A DNA stretch of 63,879 nucleotides, the filler included, from Octopus bimaculoides (lineage: Eukaryota): assembly GCF_001194135.2 (NCBI RefSeq). It is 8 parts of 7 records of this genome, joined end to end, with 100 filler letters (N's around TTAATTAATTAA, not from the genome) between each part and the next. Parts side by side here need not be neighbours in the genome. Positions count along the whole stretch, not along the records: positions 1 to 26,928 come from NC_068987.1; 7 more parts are not named here. One strand, 5' to 3'. Position 1 is the first letter of the stretch; every line of letters starts with the position of its first letter. Below are positions 1 to 12,929 of this stretch, in pieces. A program made the translations under genes and the position numbers. The notes beneath the pieces were generated by a model that worked only from the letters and a program-made list of their open reading frames with translations, was not told the origin of the DNA and did no database searches.

Positions 1-324
1 TCCGAGCTTGCAATCCAGTTCATTTTCTTAGGTGTTTGAACCGCAGATGGCTCCGCAATCCAAGGGTTGCATGAAACATACGGGGACATTGTGGACAAGG
101 GATAGAAGGGGTTGGTTTGGGAAGGAGAAGGCGCTGCTTTCTCTCCCGTCTCTTGAGTTCAGCTCTTGCGACTCAGGCTTTCTCGAAGTCCGCTGAACCC
201 GTTTTGATGGTGTGTCACCAGAGGGGTCTGTTTGCCGAGATATCCTCCCAGTGTGCGGGATCGATGTTGGTGCTTTTCAAGGTTGATTTGAGTTGGTCCT
301 TGTACCGCCTCAGGGGGGGGCGCC
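1..324 (-). mobile_element. RTE-clade LINE, 5'-truncated 3' fragment (ORF C-terminus with C2H2 zinc finger)
   Basis: Minus-strand frame reads PLRRYKDQLKSTLKSTNIDPAHWEDISANRPLW*HTIKTGSADFEKA*VARAELKRRERKQRLLLPKPTPSIPCPQCPRMFHATLGLRSHLRFKHLRK* (final stop at 20-22). This matches the RTE post-RT region and terminal CxxC...H...H finger. Two in-frame TGA stops. Confidence 0.85.
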
Positions 325-378
325 ATATATATATGGAACAAAAACGCAATGGAGGACAATAAAACACTCGAACATGTA

Positions 379-790
<412 letters not shown>

Positions 791-1572
791 CGTGAGTGGA
801 TCATATATATGAAAAGAGGCATACTCTAAAAATTACAGACGTGATGTATTTAAATGAAGCGCTTAGCCTTATATACAATTCGTCAGACTCCAATAGCTGC
901 GGTCATAGACATCACTAAATTGTTGCTTACGCTATCATTAATCTTTATCTGCTTCCACCCTCTTTCCTCTATGCAAAATTAGAATGTATTAAGTTGTTTA
1001 GCGTCTTAACACTTATGAACACGCACAATTACACACATTCAAACACACATACACATATAGTCACACACATAGTCACACACATACATACACATACATATAT
1101 TCACACATGCATTATACATTCATACACACACGCACACATGTACTCACACATACGCACATACGGCACTAACACACATAAGCACACGTGTGTTAGTTAATTC
1201 GGTTGACACTCGTCACTTCTTCAAGTGTGTGTGTCTATGTCTGTGTCTGTGTATATGTATGCGCGCGCGTATGGCTGGAATGCCTTTGCTAGAGATAAAC
1301 AGCAGCAATATATTCCTAAATAATTTTTGTAGATGTGACATTCACTTAGTTTTTAAAAGTTCAAAATCCTCTCCTGAATGAAAGCTCAAAATGGATCTAC
1401 TTGCAGCTGAAATGCAGTGAAACAGCAAAACACCATTTTCTCTAACCCCGGAGTATCCAAGACAATTACAACTGGAAGTGTCTGTTGCCATGTCTTGAAT
1501 GGATTGTGTAGTAGGTTTTTCTCGATTGTAGCTAATTAATTGTGTCTCTCTCTCCCTCTTTCCTCTCTCTCT

Positions 1573-1611
<39 letters not shown>

Positions 1612-1830
1612 AGGCTTCCACCTTTTTAGTTGTTTAATCTACTTCTCTCTACAACTTTTTGTATCTATCTGTTTTGCCTCTCTCAGTACAGCCACTGTTT
1701 TTCTTCTCACATTTTTTATTGCGAAATAGAAAATAGGAAACTAGCAAACAAAAAAAAAAAAAGGGAAGAAACGGAAACGTGAGTTGCTTTAAATATACTT
1801 GTCTATAAAATATATTTTTTCCTTTTATCT

Positions 1831-2218
1831 TTTTACTTGTTTCAGCTATCGGATTGCGGCCATACTGGGACACTGACATAAAAGGTTTAGTCGAACAAAA
1901 GACCCATGTACATTTTTTTTTTAAGTCTAGTACTTATTCTACTGGTTCTTTTTGCCGAACCGCTAAGTTACGGGAGCGTAAACAAACCAACATCGGTTGT
2001 AAAGCAGCGTTGCGGACAAATACACACACACACACACACACACACACAATACACACACACACACACACAATACACACACACACACACACAATACACACAC
2101 ACATATCACGGGCTTCCTGGGGATACAGTAGAAAACATTTGCCTGAGGTGCCACGCAATGGTACTGAACCCGGAACCATGTGGTTGGAAAGCACACTTCT
2201 TTATACACAACCATGCCT
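1831..2218 (-). mobile_element. tRNA-derived SINE family B with internal (CA)n
   Basis: Shares head (...TTCCAACCACATGGTTCCGGGTTCAGTACCATTGCGTGGCACC...) and tail (...GGCCGCAATCC...CTGAAACAAGTAAAA) with copies at 8.3, 23.2, 29.2, 31.2, 38.0, 57.1 and 63.3 kb. Confidence 0.85.
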
Positions 2219-3344
2219 GCATATTTGCATGTATAATATATATGTACATAAATATAAACACACACGCGTACACACACATATTCACGTGTATATATATGTG
2301 TGCGTGTGTATCGCTGTATGTATATATCTCTGTGTGTGCATGTGCGTATGCGCGAGTGTTGTGTGCGTGTGTGTGTGTGTGTGTGTGTAGGCTTCTCTTT
2401 CTACATGAATACATACAAATAGAGACCAGTATATTTGTTTTGTTTGGTCAAAAGCCTTAGGGATGTCATTTGGTTTGCGTTGACCTAATCATTCACACTC
2501 AAGTTACGATTGAAGATGGCAACAGGTAAACTTCACTTCAGATATATTCATTCAGAAAATATAAACGACTCCCAAAGCCTTGTTCTGACAGTCCTTTTCT
2601 AATCAATTACAAGATCCTTCTCCTTATTACCTTTGAAGACTCAGTTTTATTGGTTACTGTCCCCAATACTTTTCTCCCCTGTTTTTTTATTTACAATCTA
2701 ACACCTTTGATGAAAAAAAATTACCGTCTCCTCCCTTTTGCCCACTGCTTTCTTTCTGCCTTTACCTTAAGAAAAAGAAAACAATTTCCCCTGTGTAACA
2801 TTAGAACTCTCCAGAATTTACAAGTGGTTCTCACACTTTCCATATTTCCTTGTCTCTTTGCCTTTGCTGTAATATATCTTTAGGATATTCAAGATGAATA
2901 ACAAATGAAAGTAAAGAAAACAAAGACGTCTTTTGCTTTTACACACAAAAGAAAACTAGGTTGTAACAGTTTAAATAAAGAGAGAAAAATACGATTTCTT
3001 AGAGCATTCTATTTTGTTGCTCTAAGTGAAAACTTGTGTTTCGTTGTTTAAAGTTACATTGGGTGTGTTTCATTGTGTTGTTATTGTTGTTATTTTACTG
3101 AGGTAGGTTTTCACATTTATGGAGAATCTTACGTAAGAAAGCGCAACTTGATCGCTCTTTATATCTTAATGGCGGATTCCAGTTAAAGCCAATCACACGA
3201 AAAGAGATATTTGATAGAATTATACACAAACTCACTCATACACATACCCACATATGTATATATATGAATACGTATCTGTGTTTCTGTTTCTGTCTGTGAG
3301 TGTTTGTGAGTGCTTGTGTCTACATATGTGTATGTAAGTGTATG

Positions 3345-3388
<44 letters not shown>

Positions 3389-3404
3389 CACACATTACAT
3401 ACAC

Positions 3405-3442
<38 letters not shown>

Positions 3443-4972
3443 ATTTATATGTATATATATATGTGTATATACATTATCTACGTATGTATATGTATATATG
3501 TATGTATATATATATATGTGTGTATCTGTTTGTCTTTGCATGTACATGTGCATGGCAAACAGAGTTTGTAATCTTTACTTACATTGCATAAATAGACATA
3601 TATTATAAATTGTAAAAACTTTCAAGCAAATAGAATTTAAGACACTCTAGCTTTTGAACACAAACATAAACATATCAAATGCGTGGTAGTAAAGAGGCGT
3701 TCGATAAAAACCAGTCTCACAAGCTTGCACTAAGTTCTCAACCAGCTCAGTTGTCCTGTGTATTCATATGAGCATCATTCGAGCTCTAAATGATAACATG
3801 GGAGTTTCAAGCCTCCAATTTTAAATTCTTTGTAGTCTGTGCTAGAGTTAAACAAAGTTGTGTTCTATCTTTCTTCTTGTTTAGCATATCTTTTTCAATC
3901 ATGTTGCACCGTGTTTTTCTGAACTCATCAGCAGGACTGCCAGATCAGTTTCACAGAATGTAGCACAAAATTTTCAAGACAAACTGTATTAGACAAATTG
4001 TTTAAGAAAATTGCATTAGAAAATAACCCAAAATTTAAATCTCGCTAGTAAACTAATATGAGCGCGCACGCACGTGCGTATGTGTGTGTTTGAGACTATG
4101 TATAACAAAATCAAGCTAACGAGGAAATGTCTATGCGGTTGTCTGCCCTGCTAAAAATAGTAGCCTTCAAATCAAACCTACCGTTTTAATTTATAAAAGA
4201 AAGGGGAAAAAAACTATGCATTACACAATACAGTCCTTGAAATACAAAAAAAAAAAAAAGAAGACAGCATTGTAAGTCTGGAACAAGTTTGATTATTGAT
4301 CTGTCTGTTCAGGGTTCAGGACTGTCCTATGGTTAAGTAATTATATATATATATATATATAATACCTAGCGTACGTTGCATGCGTTGAATCTGATACATT
4401 TCCGTCCTATGTAAGACGGATACCTAAAAACGAAAGTATGTTTTATACCGAGCAATCTCTCGTGCTTGCTAAAATGATTAAAACTTTTACTATTGAACTA
4501 ATCTTGTAATTTTTTTTTTCTTTTTAGATTTTCTATTTCACTGCATCAGATATACTAACAAATCTACTCATCTACTCATTTACGATGAAGGCATAAAACG
4601 AGGAAGGAAAGTCATAACAACAGTATGTATACATTAATAGAATAAGCTGTCGGTTTTCCAAATAGCGAATGAAAACTTAAAAGAGAAGGTGAAAGACTTT
4701 ACAAATGAGAATGAAATACTCCGCAGTGAATGAAATGAATATTTAAACTTGTGAATTGGATGCAGTGAATGAAATGAATATTTAAATTTGCGAAAAATTG
4801 TAGTTTAAAAAACTTAAGAAACCTAAGAAATCGAAATTATTGGAAATTTCTTAGAACATGAATTTATAAAAATATTTCCAGACGGTCAATCCTTTAATAA
4901 TTGCTTTCTTTTAGTACTTTTAGTAATTGTTACATACCTAATTAATAAGCTGCTTTCTCCATTATAGTATAG

Positions 4973-5047
<75 letters not shown>
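4973..5047. repeat. (TAT)n microsatellite
   Basis: Direct reading; abuts the 5' end of a SINE A copy. Confidence 0.95.
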
Positions 5048-5049
<2 letters not shown>

Positions 5050-5262
5050 GGCGGCGAGCTGGCCGAATCCTTAGCGCTCCGGGAAAACTGCTTAGCGGCA
5101 TTTCGTCCGTCCTTACGTTCTAAGTTCAAATTCCGCCGAAGTCGGCTCTGCCTTTCATCATTTCGGGGTCGACGAAATAAGTAACTGTTACGCACTGTGG
5201 TCGATGTAATCCACTAGACTCCATCCCCAGAATTTAGGCCTTGTGCATATTAGCAGAAAGGA
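5048..5262 (+). mobile_element. tRNA-derived SINE family A
   Basis: AAGGCGGCGAGCTGGC head with A-box-like TGGCCGAATC and B-box-like AAGTTCAAATTCC, GGGGTCGA core and GGCCTTGTGC tail; many copies in the window. Confidence 0.9.
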
Positions 5263-5616
5263 CCAGTATTATTATTGTACATGATGATGATCATGATGAT
5301 CATGATCATCATCATCATCATCATCAATAACTATGATAAATTAGTATTGTTTTGGCGTGATAGAAAAGTAACAATAGTGTTCTTAATCCTCCTCTACCTT
5401 CTCCTTACCCTCTTGTCCTACTCTCTTCTCTCCACCTGCACCTCTTCCTCCTCCGCCTTCTCCTCAGTTCTTATCTCCTACCACCACCTTTCATCTTTTT
5501 AACCTTTTTTAGACGATCATATACAAAATACATACATGAATTACAGGCTGTTTTACATTTATCTATAAAAAATAGCAAAAGATACGTGCTTAATTTATAA
5601 GGATGTGTTTGTCTGT

Positions 5617-5653
<37 letters not shown>

Positions 5654-5669
5654 TTTTCCTCTGAGACTC

Positions 5670-5800
5670 TGCTCCTTCCTCCTTTTCTTTCTCTCAGGAC
5701 TTTTTCTTCTTTCCGACGAAGAGCCATGCTCGAAACGTCTCTCCTATTTTTCCATTTAAAACTTTCACTAAACTTCAGTCTAACATATTCACTCTGTACG
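5670..5800 (+). mobile_element. Penelope-like element fragment with minimal hammerhead-like motif (5713-5739)
   Basis: CCGACGA-A-GAGC-CAT-GCTC-GAAACGTC; related motifs at 36687 and 54836. Confidence 0.55.
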
Positions 5801-5930
5801 TTCAATTGACTTTTGCTCTTTTTTCCTGTTTTTTTTTCCCATTTTTGAATATTTATACATAATGTAAACATTTATATAACACTCATATATACATATACAT
5901 ACATATATATATATAAAGAGAGAGAGAGAG

Positions 5931-6011
<81 letters not shown>

Positions 6012-6910
6012 TTGCTTCCTAACATTTACTCGCTAAAGTAACGTTTATTTTTTTAATTCATTTTCTTAAATAGAAATGTCAGAAATGTTTATTAGAAAGT
6101 GATTTCTCAAACTGCAATTTCCATTTCCCATTTGCTAGTTGATACCGACTCTATAAAACTCAAAGAAATGATGTAATAAGGTACATATAATACTAGCNNN
6201 NNNNNNNNNNNNNNNNNNNNNNNNNNNNNNNNNNNNNNNNNNNNNNNNNNNNNNNNNNNNNNNNNNNNNNNNNNNNNNNNNNNNNNNNNNNNNNNNNNNN
6301 NNNNNNNNNNNNNNNNNNNNNNNNNNNNNNNNNNNNNNNNNNNNNNNNNNNNNNNNNNNNNNNNNNNNNNNNNNNNNNNNNNNNNNNNNNNNNNNNNNNN
6401 NNNNNNNNNNNNNNNNNNNNNNNNNNNNNNNNNNNNNNNNNNNNNNNNNNNNNNNNNNNNNNNNNNNNNNNNNNNNNNNNNNNNNNNNNNNNNNNNNNNN
6501 NNNNNNNNNNNNNNNNNNNNNNNNNNNNNNNNNNNNNNNNNNNNNNNNNNNNNNNNNNNNNNNNNNNNNNNNNNNNNNNNNNNNNNNNNNNNNNNNNNNN
6601 NNNNNNNNNNNNNNNNNNNNNNNNNNNNNNNNNNNNNNNNNNNNNNNNNNNNNNNNNNNNNNNNNNNNNNNNNNNNNNNNNNNNNNNNNNNNNNNNNNNN
6701 NNNNNNNNNNNNNNNNNNNNNNNNNNNNNNNNNNNNNNNNNNNNNNNNNNNNNTTCCCATTCTGAGTTCTAATTCGGACGCGGTCAACTATTTTCTTTCT
6801 AATCCTTCTATAGTCGACAAATTAAGGTACTAGTCGAGTACTGAGTTCGATAAATTTTCCTTCCAACCAAATCTATATCATTGTTTAAATGTTAGGATCC
6901 AGTATTATAT

Positions 6911-7126
6911 TGGTTTCAAATTTTGACACAAGGCCAGCAAGTCCGTGGGGGGGGGCGGTTAAATCGATTACATCGACCCCAGTGTTTAAATGGTACTTAT
7001 TCTATCGACCCAAAAAGGATGAAAGGCAAAGTCAGCCTCGGTGGAATTTGAACTCAGAACGTAAAGACGGACGAAATGCTGCTAAGCATTTTGCCCGGGT
7101 TGGTAACGATTCTGTCAGCTCGCCGC
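6911..7126 (-). mobile_element. SINE family A
   Basis: Reverse complement of the family A consensus (CAGCTCGCCGC ... GAATTTGAACTCAGAACGT ... GACACAAGGCC). Confidence 0.9.
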
Positions 7127-7354
7127 TCTGTGATCCAGTAGAAAGATTATCTGGGGCGATGGATTAAATGCGTTACGCTATTTAGTTGAGTCCCTTTATG
7201 TTCTAAGTTCAAATCCCACAGAGGTTGAGTTTACTTTTTTCATTTCTTATGAAAAGGAAAAAGAAATCAATCAAGTACAGGGATCAATTTAATGGAATAT
7301 AAGCTCCCACCTAGAAAGAAATTGAGAGCTTGGGTCTATGTTGTAAATCCTTAG

Positions 7355-8120
7355 TCGCATGCGTATCAAATCACTCGCTTGGTTCATTAAATGTGCTCCG
7401 TTTTATCGCTCTGGTATGTTCTAGCTTCTGGGTCACAACTATCGAAGTTAAATACATTGGGAGGTTTTTCACTCGAACTGGAACACAAGAGAGTCATATT
7501 TGCATATACAGATGACATCAAAACTGTGCTTCGGAGCATCTACCAAATTGTGGCGGTCATTAACATACTGAAGGAATTGGAGGTAAGACACACCCACATG
7601 AACAAGAACAAACCTGCAACTCGACATCTTGAAAGGCATGTCTACGCTGGATATCGGTGATTTTAAGATCGACAATGTATTTCAGGTGCATAGGGTCAAA
7701 TTCAGTCCAGACCTATAAGTGACCAGATTACGTGAAGCGCGGTCAGTCTCACCAGAAATAAACCTGATGCAGCTCTCAGACATACGTGGCGAATGCCTAC
7801 ACTGATTCTGGTAAATATTACAGCTTGAATATCATGATTTGCTCCACGGCGCATTGACTAGATTGGTATGTCTCAAATATTCCTAAACTATCTGGATGGA
7901 AAAGTCTTTACCTCCAATCAACTACTGGCTCTACTAGAGCTTATAACAACTGTAGGACACTGCTCACATCTTGGACTTTCACATTTTGCTTTTGGGGGAA
8001 AAATGCATTCCAGTAGTCAGAAGTCTCATCTGATGCCAACATACGCAGAGCGAAGATTCGGCTATCTTGACGATAATTCTGTCATGAGAGTGGAAGAAGA
8101 TGAGTCCAAAATGAAAAACT
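7355..8120 (+). mobile_element. Degraded Tx1/L1-clade ORF2 (reverse transcriptase region)
   Basis: ORF 7391-7660 contains LSLWYVLA...SKLNTLGG...VIFAYTDDI (RT LSP/YADD-like motifs). Downstream frames give VANAYTDSGKYY, resembling the Tx1 post-RT region. Many stops and frameshifts. Confidence 0.7.
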
Positions 8121-8267
8121 AAAGCCATGCAGTGGATAGGAATCTGATCTTTAATAAGTACAATAACTACATGTTTCAATCTACTTAAATTTCGTCAGGA
8201 TAGCTTAGATTTACTTGTCCCTAACATACTTGAGAATCACTGAGAAGATCTTTAAACTTTTATAGAT

Positions 8268-8657
8268 TTTACTTGTTTCTGTCATCAGATTGCGGCTATG
8301 CTGGAGCACCGCCTTGAACGTTTTAGACAAACAACAAAAAGACAGTCACACATACATACATACATACATGCATGCATACCTACCTACCTACCTACATACA
8401 TACATACATACATACATACATACATTCATTCATACACACGCACGCACGCACACACACGCACTCGGTCGCGCACACACACACACATACACACACATATGCG
8501 ACGGCCTTTCAGTTTCCGTTTACCAAATGCACTCACAAAGCTTTGCCCAGTCCGGGGCTTTAGTAGAAGAGACTTTCCAAAGGTGGTGTGCAGTGGGACT
8601 GAACCCAAGACCACATGGTTGGGAAGCAAACCTCTTAACCATACAGCATTGCTTGCA
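8268..8657 (-). mobile_element. SINE family B (internally deleted) with internal (CATA)/(CA)n
   Basis: Tail GCTGGAGCACCGCC and head GTGGGACTGAACCC...CCACATGGTTGGGAAGC match family B. Confidence 0.8.
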
Positions 8658-8905
8658 CCTACGTTTAATCAATGGAAATTTTGCCTATAACGAAGAAAAA
8701 AGTCATTAACGTTAACTGAAATTCTTTTCAAGAAAGGCGAGGAAGAGAAGTCACGATTTTAAATTAACTAAAAATTCAATAATGAAATGTTGCGTACAGT
8801 GAGTCTGATGCTAATGGATATGAAGTTAACTATTCTTCGTATAGAAGACATCCTTTGGAAATTTTCCGATATTATCATTTTAAAAAGCTAAATCTTTGAA
8901 TAGTT

Positions 8906-8946
<41 letters not shown>

Positions 8947-9556
8947 TCTATATACTATCAATATTATTCTAAGATCTGCTAATACGTGTTGGATTATACG
9001 TCACTGATGAGTTCTGAATAATACTAAAACAGGTCGAGAGTTATCACTAATTCATTCTACACTTCATGTCTCCATGTAATTTTTAATTCAAATTTCCGAG
9101 TTCTCTCTCTATTGACATTTTGACAATTCCTGTCATTAACAATAACAGTTTTTTCTTCTAATAGCGGCAGTAATTTCAAATGATTAAACATTTATTAGAT
9201 TATGTTAGCTTGCACTTAGCTATATGTTCTGCAAGTCAATAGCATCCCTGGGAAATTTTTCAGCGTCATCATTTTCTGTTCTGTATGCTGTATAGTTAGA
9301 CTACTATAAGACGCATTATTGTCATCATTGTCCACATCAGACAACGATGTCCGTCATCTTATCGTGACACTGACAACTAAAAATTCGCAGTGAATAACAA
9401 CTGTTATCTTGAAAACTAAATTTCGATTTCATGCTACAGTAAATTCTGCCATTCAACCCTGGTTTTATTTCCATTATCTCCCAAACCTTCTTTCTTACCA
9501 GTATTACGCCAGGTTCTACTCCGTCGTGGCACTTCAATTACCATTCTATAGAGATG

Positions 9557-10323
9557 GGATCTTTTTTAAAACGGGGGCCACAGTTTTCATTAATGTTTTA
9601 CGTAGTGTTTTTGGTACCGAAAGACTTTCAAACTTCGTATACTTATCTATTTTGTGTTATAGAATAGAAAAATATTTTTGTATTCGAATTTATTTCATGT
9701 AAAAAATTGTCTTATTTCGATAATTTCAACCAATCACTGACAAGTATTCAGTTGTTTACATTTACTCCTTTGGCTGATTAAGCGGTGTAAAGCGTATTTA
9801 ATCTCCATANNNNNNNNNNNNNNNNNNNNNNNNNNNNNNNNNNNNNNNNNNNNNNNNNNNNNNNNNNNNNNNNNNNNNNNNNNNNNNNNNNNNNNNNNNN
9901 NNNNNNNNNNNNNNNNNNNNNNNNNNNNNNNNNNNNNNNNNNNNNNNNNNNNNNNNNNNNNNNNTAGGGTTAGGGTTAGGGTTAGAGTTAGGGTTAGCCT
10001 ATAATAGAAAGGTTTATTAGCTACTGCCAATATGCTTCAGCCATTTTTTGACAAGGAAATAATAATTTTATCACCGATAGAATTGTTTCAGAATCGTTTG
10101 TTTATGTAGTCGGCACTTAATGTATATCGGCTGAATGGACATCAGTGATTGGTTGAAATTACAGAAATACGACAACTTTAACATGGAATAACTTAGGGAT
10201 TTCTTTTTTTTTTTAAAGAAGACTAAGAGAAAAAGATGTTTTATATGACACATTCTACCAGTGTTCCAAGTTTCAAAGTGTTTCGTTAAGAAAATACTGT
10301 GGCCCCCGTTTTAAAAAAGATCC
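9557..10323. mobile_element. Non-autonomous DNA transposon (MITE), Merlin-like
   Basis: Perfect 28-bp TIRs GGATCTTTTTTAAAACGGGGGCCACAGT (9557-9584; reverse complement at 10296-10323) and perfect 8-bp TSD TAGAGATG (9549-9556 and 10324-10331). 5'-GG...CC-3' termini with an 8-bp TSD favour Merlin over hAT (inference). Confidence 0.9.
9965..9997 (+). repeat. Interstitial telomere-like (TTAGGG)n tract inside the MITE
   Basis: TAGGGTTAGGGTTAGGGTTAGAGTTAGGGTTAG, directly after a gap (9810-9964), so it may be longer. Confidence 0.9.
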
Positions 10324-10984
10324 TAGAGATGTTCCTTGAAGTTGTTTGTGTGTATGGGTAAGTGTGTGAGTGTGCGCATGTGTGTATGATCTAAAGAAAA
10401 AGACTCGGCGTCTTTTTCTCTATGCATACAAAAATAGCAACAACATCTATAGCCCCATTAACACTAAGCGCTATGCTCTGCTGCACAACATTAATGCTGA
10501 GGCCGAATCCGACCCACCCCGTTCTGATGTGGTCGCCGTCAGAATCTACTGAAGTAAATATTAGCCCAGTGATAGTGTAACATTTTAGCTCCGTTATCGT
10601 GAATTCAAATTACCCACAATTCACATTTGCTTCCGTTTAACTTGCAATCATGTCCTGAGAGAAGATGAAATCGCATTTTATACCAACAACAACCTCGTGG
10701 AGTAGGTTGGGGCTAATTTAAAATCGATTTAAGATCACTGGAAAGTAGCCTGAAATGGTGTAGCTTGAAGCCTTTACGTCGATGTATCTAAATTTTAATT
10801 AGTTTACGCAATAATTCAGTTATAGGCGCGCCACATGTGTCTATGTATTTGGTCTTACTTGAAATTTACTTTATAACTTGAGATTTTCTTTTTCTCTAAA
10901 GTCCATCATGTTTCACCAAACAACCCATGGCTTGTCGCTGCCGATATTTGTGTCATAAACTAGCATAAGCTCCTTCCTGAGTCA

Positions 10985-11175
10985 TATAGACTCATTAGGC
11001 CAGTTTCTCGGTTTCTGTGGCGTATATATTTCCCTCTAGACGGGACGTCGCTCCGTCGAAAGATTACTCATTTTTGTCAGCTTAATGGGACTGGTACAAT
11101 ATAAAAGGAAGTGTTTTGCTCAAGTACACAACGCATCACCCAGTCCAGGAATCGAAACCACATCACTATAAGTAT
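10985..11175 (-). mobile_element. tRNA-derived SINE with conserved central domain (V/Meta-like; family D)
   Basis: Minus strand: GGTTTCGATTCCTGGAC B-box, CTTGAGCAAAACACTT, then AAAATGAGTAATC...CGTCCCGTCTAG...CAGAAACCGAG. Related to 53003-53165 and 59440-59670. Confidence 0.6.
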
Positions 11176-11194
11176 GCGACAGAATCGATATCAC

Positions 11195-11378
11195 ACCGAA
11201 CAAACTGCTTAACGGCATTCCTTCTGGCTTTACGTTTTCATTTCAAATTCCGCGAGGTCGACTTTGCTTTTTATTCTCTCGGGGTCGACAAAATAAGTAC
11301 CAGCTGAACATTGGAGATCAATATAATCGACTTATACTCTTCCCCTAAATTGCTAGCCTTGTGCCAAAATTTGAAATC
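11195..11378 (+). mobile_element. SINE family A (diverged)
   Basis: TTCAAATTCCGCGAGGTCGACTTTGC...GGGGTCGAC...CCTTGTGCCAAAATTTGAAATC. Confidence 0.8.
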
Positions 11379-11384
11379 ATTGTT

Positions 11385-11578
11385 ATTGTGGTGGTGGTCG
11401 TGGTGGTGGTCGTCGTCGTCGTCGTGGGAGGTCTAAAAGAAAACGCTGCGACTCCGGTGTTCGCAAGCCTTCTGGCACCGGTGAGCTTGACACGGTTGAT
11501 CTACCTGTCCAACAAATGCGAGGTACTTACACGATTACCACCGCCACCAAGAACAACGACAACAAAAACAATACAACA

Positions 11579-11629
<51 letters not shown>

Positions 11630-11633
11630 GCTA

Positions 11634-11686
<53 letters not shown>

Positions 11687-11735
11687 ATTACTACTACAGC
11701 TACTACTGCTACTATTACTGCTGCTGCTACAGTAT
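11385..11735. repeat. Compound trinucleotide microsatellites (GGT/GTC, ACA, CTA, CTG)
   Basis: Direct reading; source of the poly-L/S/T ORFs in the track. Confidence 0.9.
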
Positions 11736-12137
11736 AACATAAGTAATCGATAGTACATTCATGAGGCTGCTCAATCTCTTAGAAATAACAGTCAAATCTA
11801 GACATTATAATCCGCCACCTTAAATATTGAAGGAGATACAGGATTCTATAGTCCTAGCTAAACTATACCTGATAAAATAATGGGGTGATGATGGCTGGAA
11901 TGCTTTTGAACATAGGTCAGCTTGATCATGAATGACCTTAGGCTAAATAACACCAACAACAATGCCTTATCCCATATCCGGCCACCCAAGCTAACCACCG
12001 CCAACACCAACTTCCCCCGGAGCCTTTTACAGCAAAACCTGGCTGCCGTTTGTTCGCAGCAAATAATTGACTGAAAGCATCGTGTTTATGGCGCCGTCTG
12101 TACCCGACAGAGACAGACCTAACGTCTATCCAGTGAG

Positions 12138-12173
12138 CTGTTCCAAACACACGTGCACGTGTGTTTGGAACAG
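12138..12173. repeat. Perfect 36-bp spacer-less palindrome with tandem CACGTG motifs
   Basis: CTGTTCCAAACACACGTG|CACGTGTGTTTGGAACAG. Confidence 0.95.
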
Positions 12174-12929
12174 TTCAATGGATAAACGTGTGTGCGGTCT
12201 CACACATACAAAATACATACAACTAGTCAATTTGCCCTCGGCTCCACCACAATCTTCCTCAATATATATATATAGACATATGCACACATATGTGTGTGTA
12301 TGCGTGTGTGAGTGTATGCTTAGATATGTGTATGTGTGAGTGTGTCTGTATGTATATATATATATATATATATTAGATGTATATAGCTGACACAACTGAC
12401 ATCTGATAGTATACATACACACATTCAGATGCATACATGCATACATACATACATACATACATACATACATACATACATACATGCATGCATACATATACAA
12501 CCTTGCTACCAAGTAGGTAGCCGATCAAAATTTCCTCTAAATTAAAAAGGGAAAGAGAAGAACATATAAAACTAGGTTAATGCAAAGAGAAGGAAGAGAA
12601 CTATTGAAATAAAAGGGGGGAAAAATGAAAATATGATTGTAGAATATCATACCAAGACGTTGGCTACAGAGGCTTCTACGAGGCCTAAAGAGACCGAATA
12701 AAGCAGTAGATAAGGAAAGAAAATTGCTTACGCCAGTGTCTGACACGTACAGTGAAAGGTGTTGTGTTGCAGCAAAAACTCAAAACGTTCTAACCAGAAA
12801 CGGACCCCAAACATATAAAAGACCTATCTACAGGTTTTAAAGAGCCCTGCATTGTATTAGAATACTCGGTCATAGCCAAAGTGCGTGCATACATATAGAT
12901 GTGCCAAAGTGTGTGTACATATAGATGTA

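Noticed and set aside
3685-3960. Possible mariner 5'-end relic (GAGGCGTTCGATAAAAACC...)
   Set aside because: No partner TIR or transposase motif could be read.
4529-4800. Possible plus-strand exon or coiled-coil frame and a 39-bp tandem duplication (4723-4794)
   Set aside because: Short frames with stops and no recognisable family; the duplication looks like ordinary slippage.
9004-9040. CTGATGAG...AAAACAGGTC hammerhead-like string
   Set aside because: The GAAA core is broken and no convincing stems form; at most a dead Penelope-like relic.
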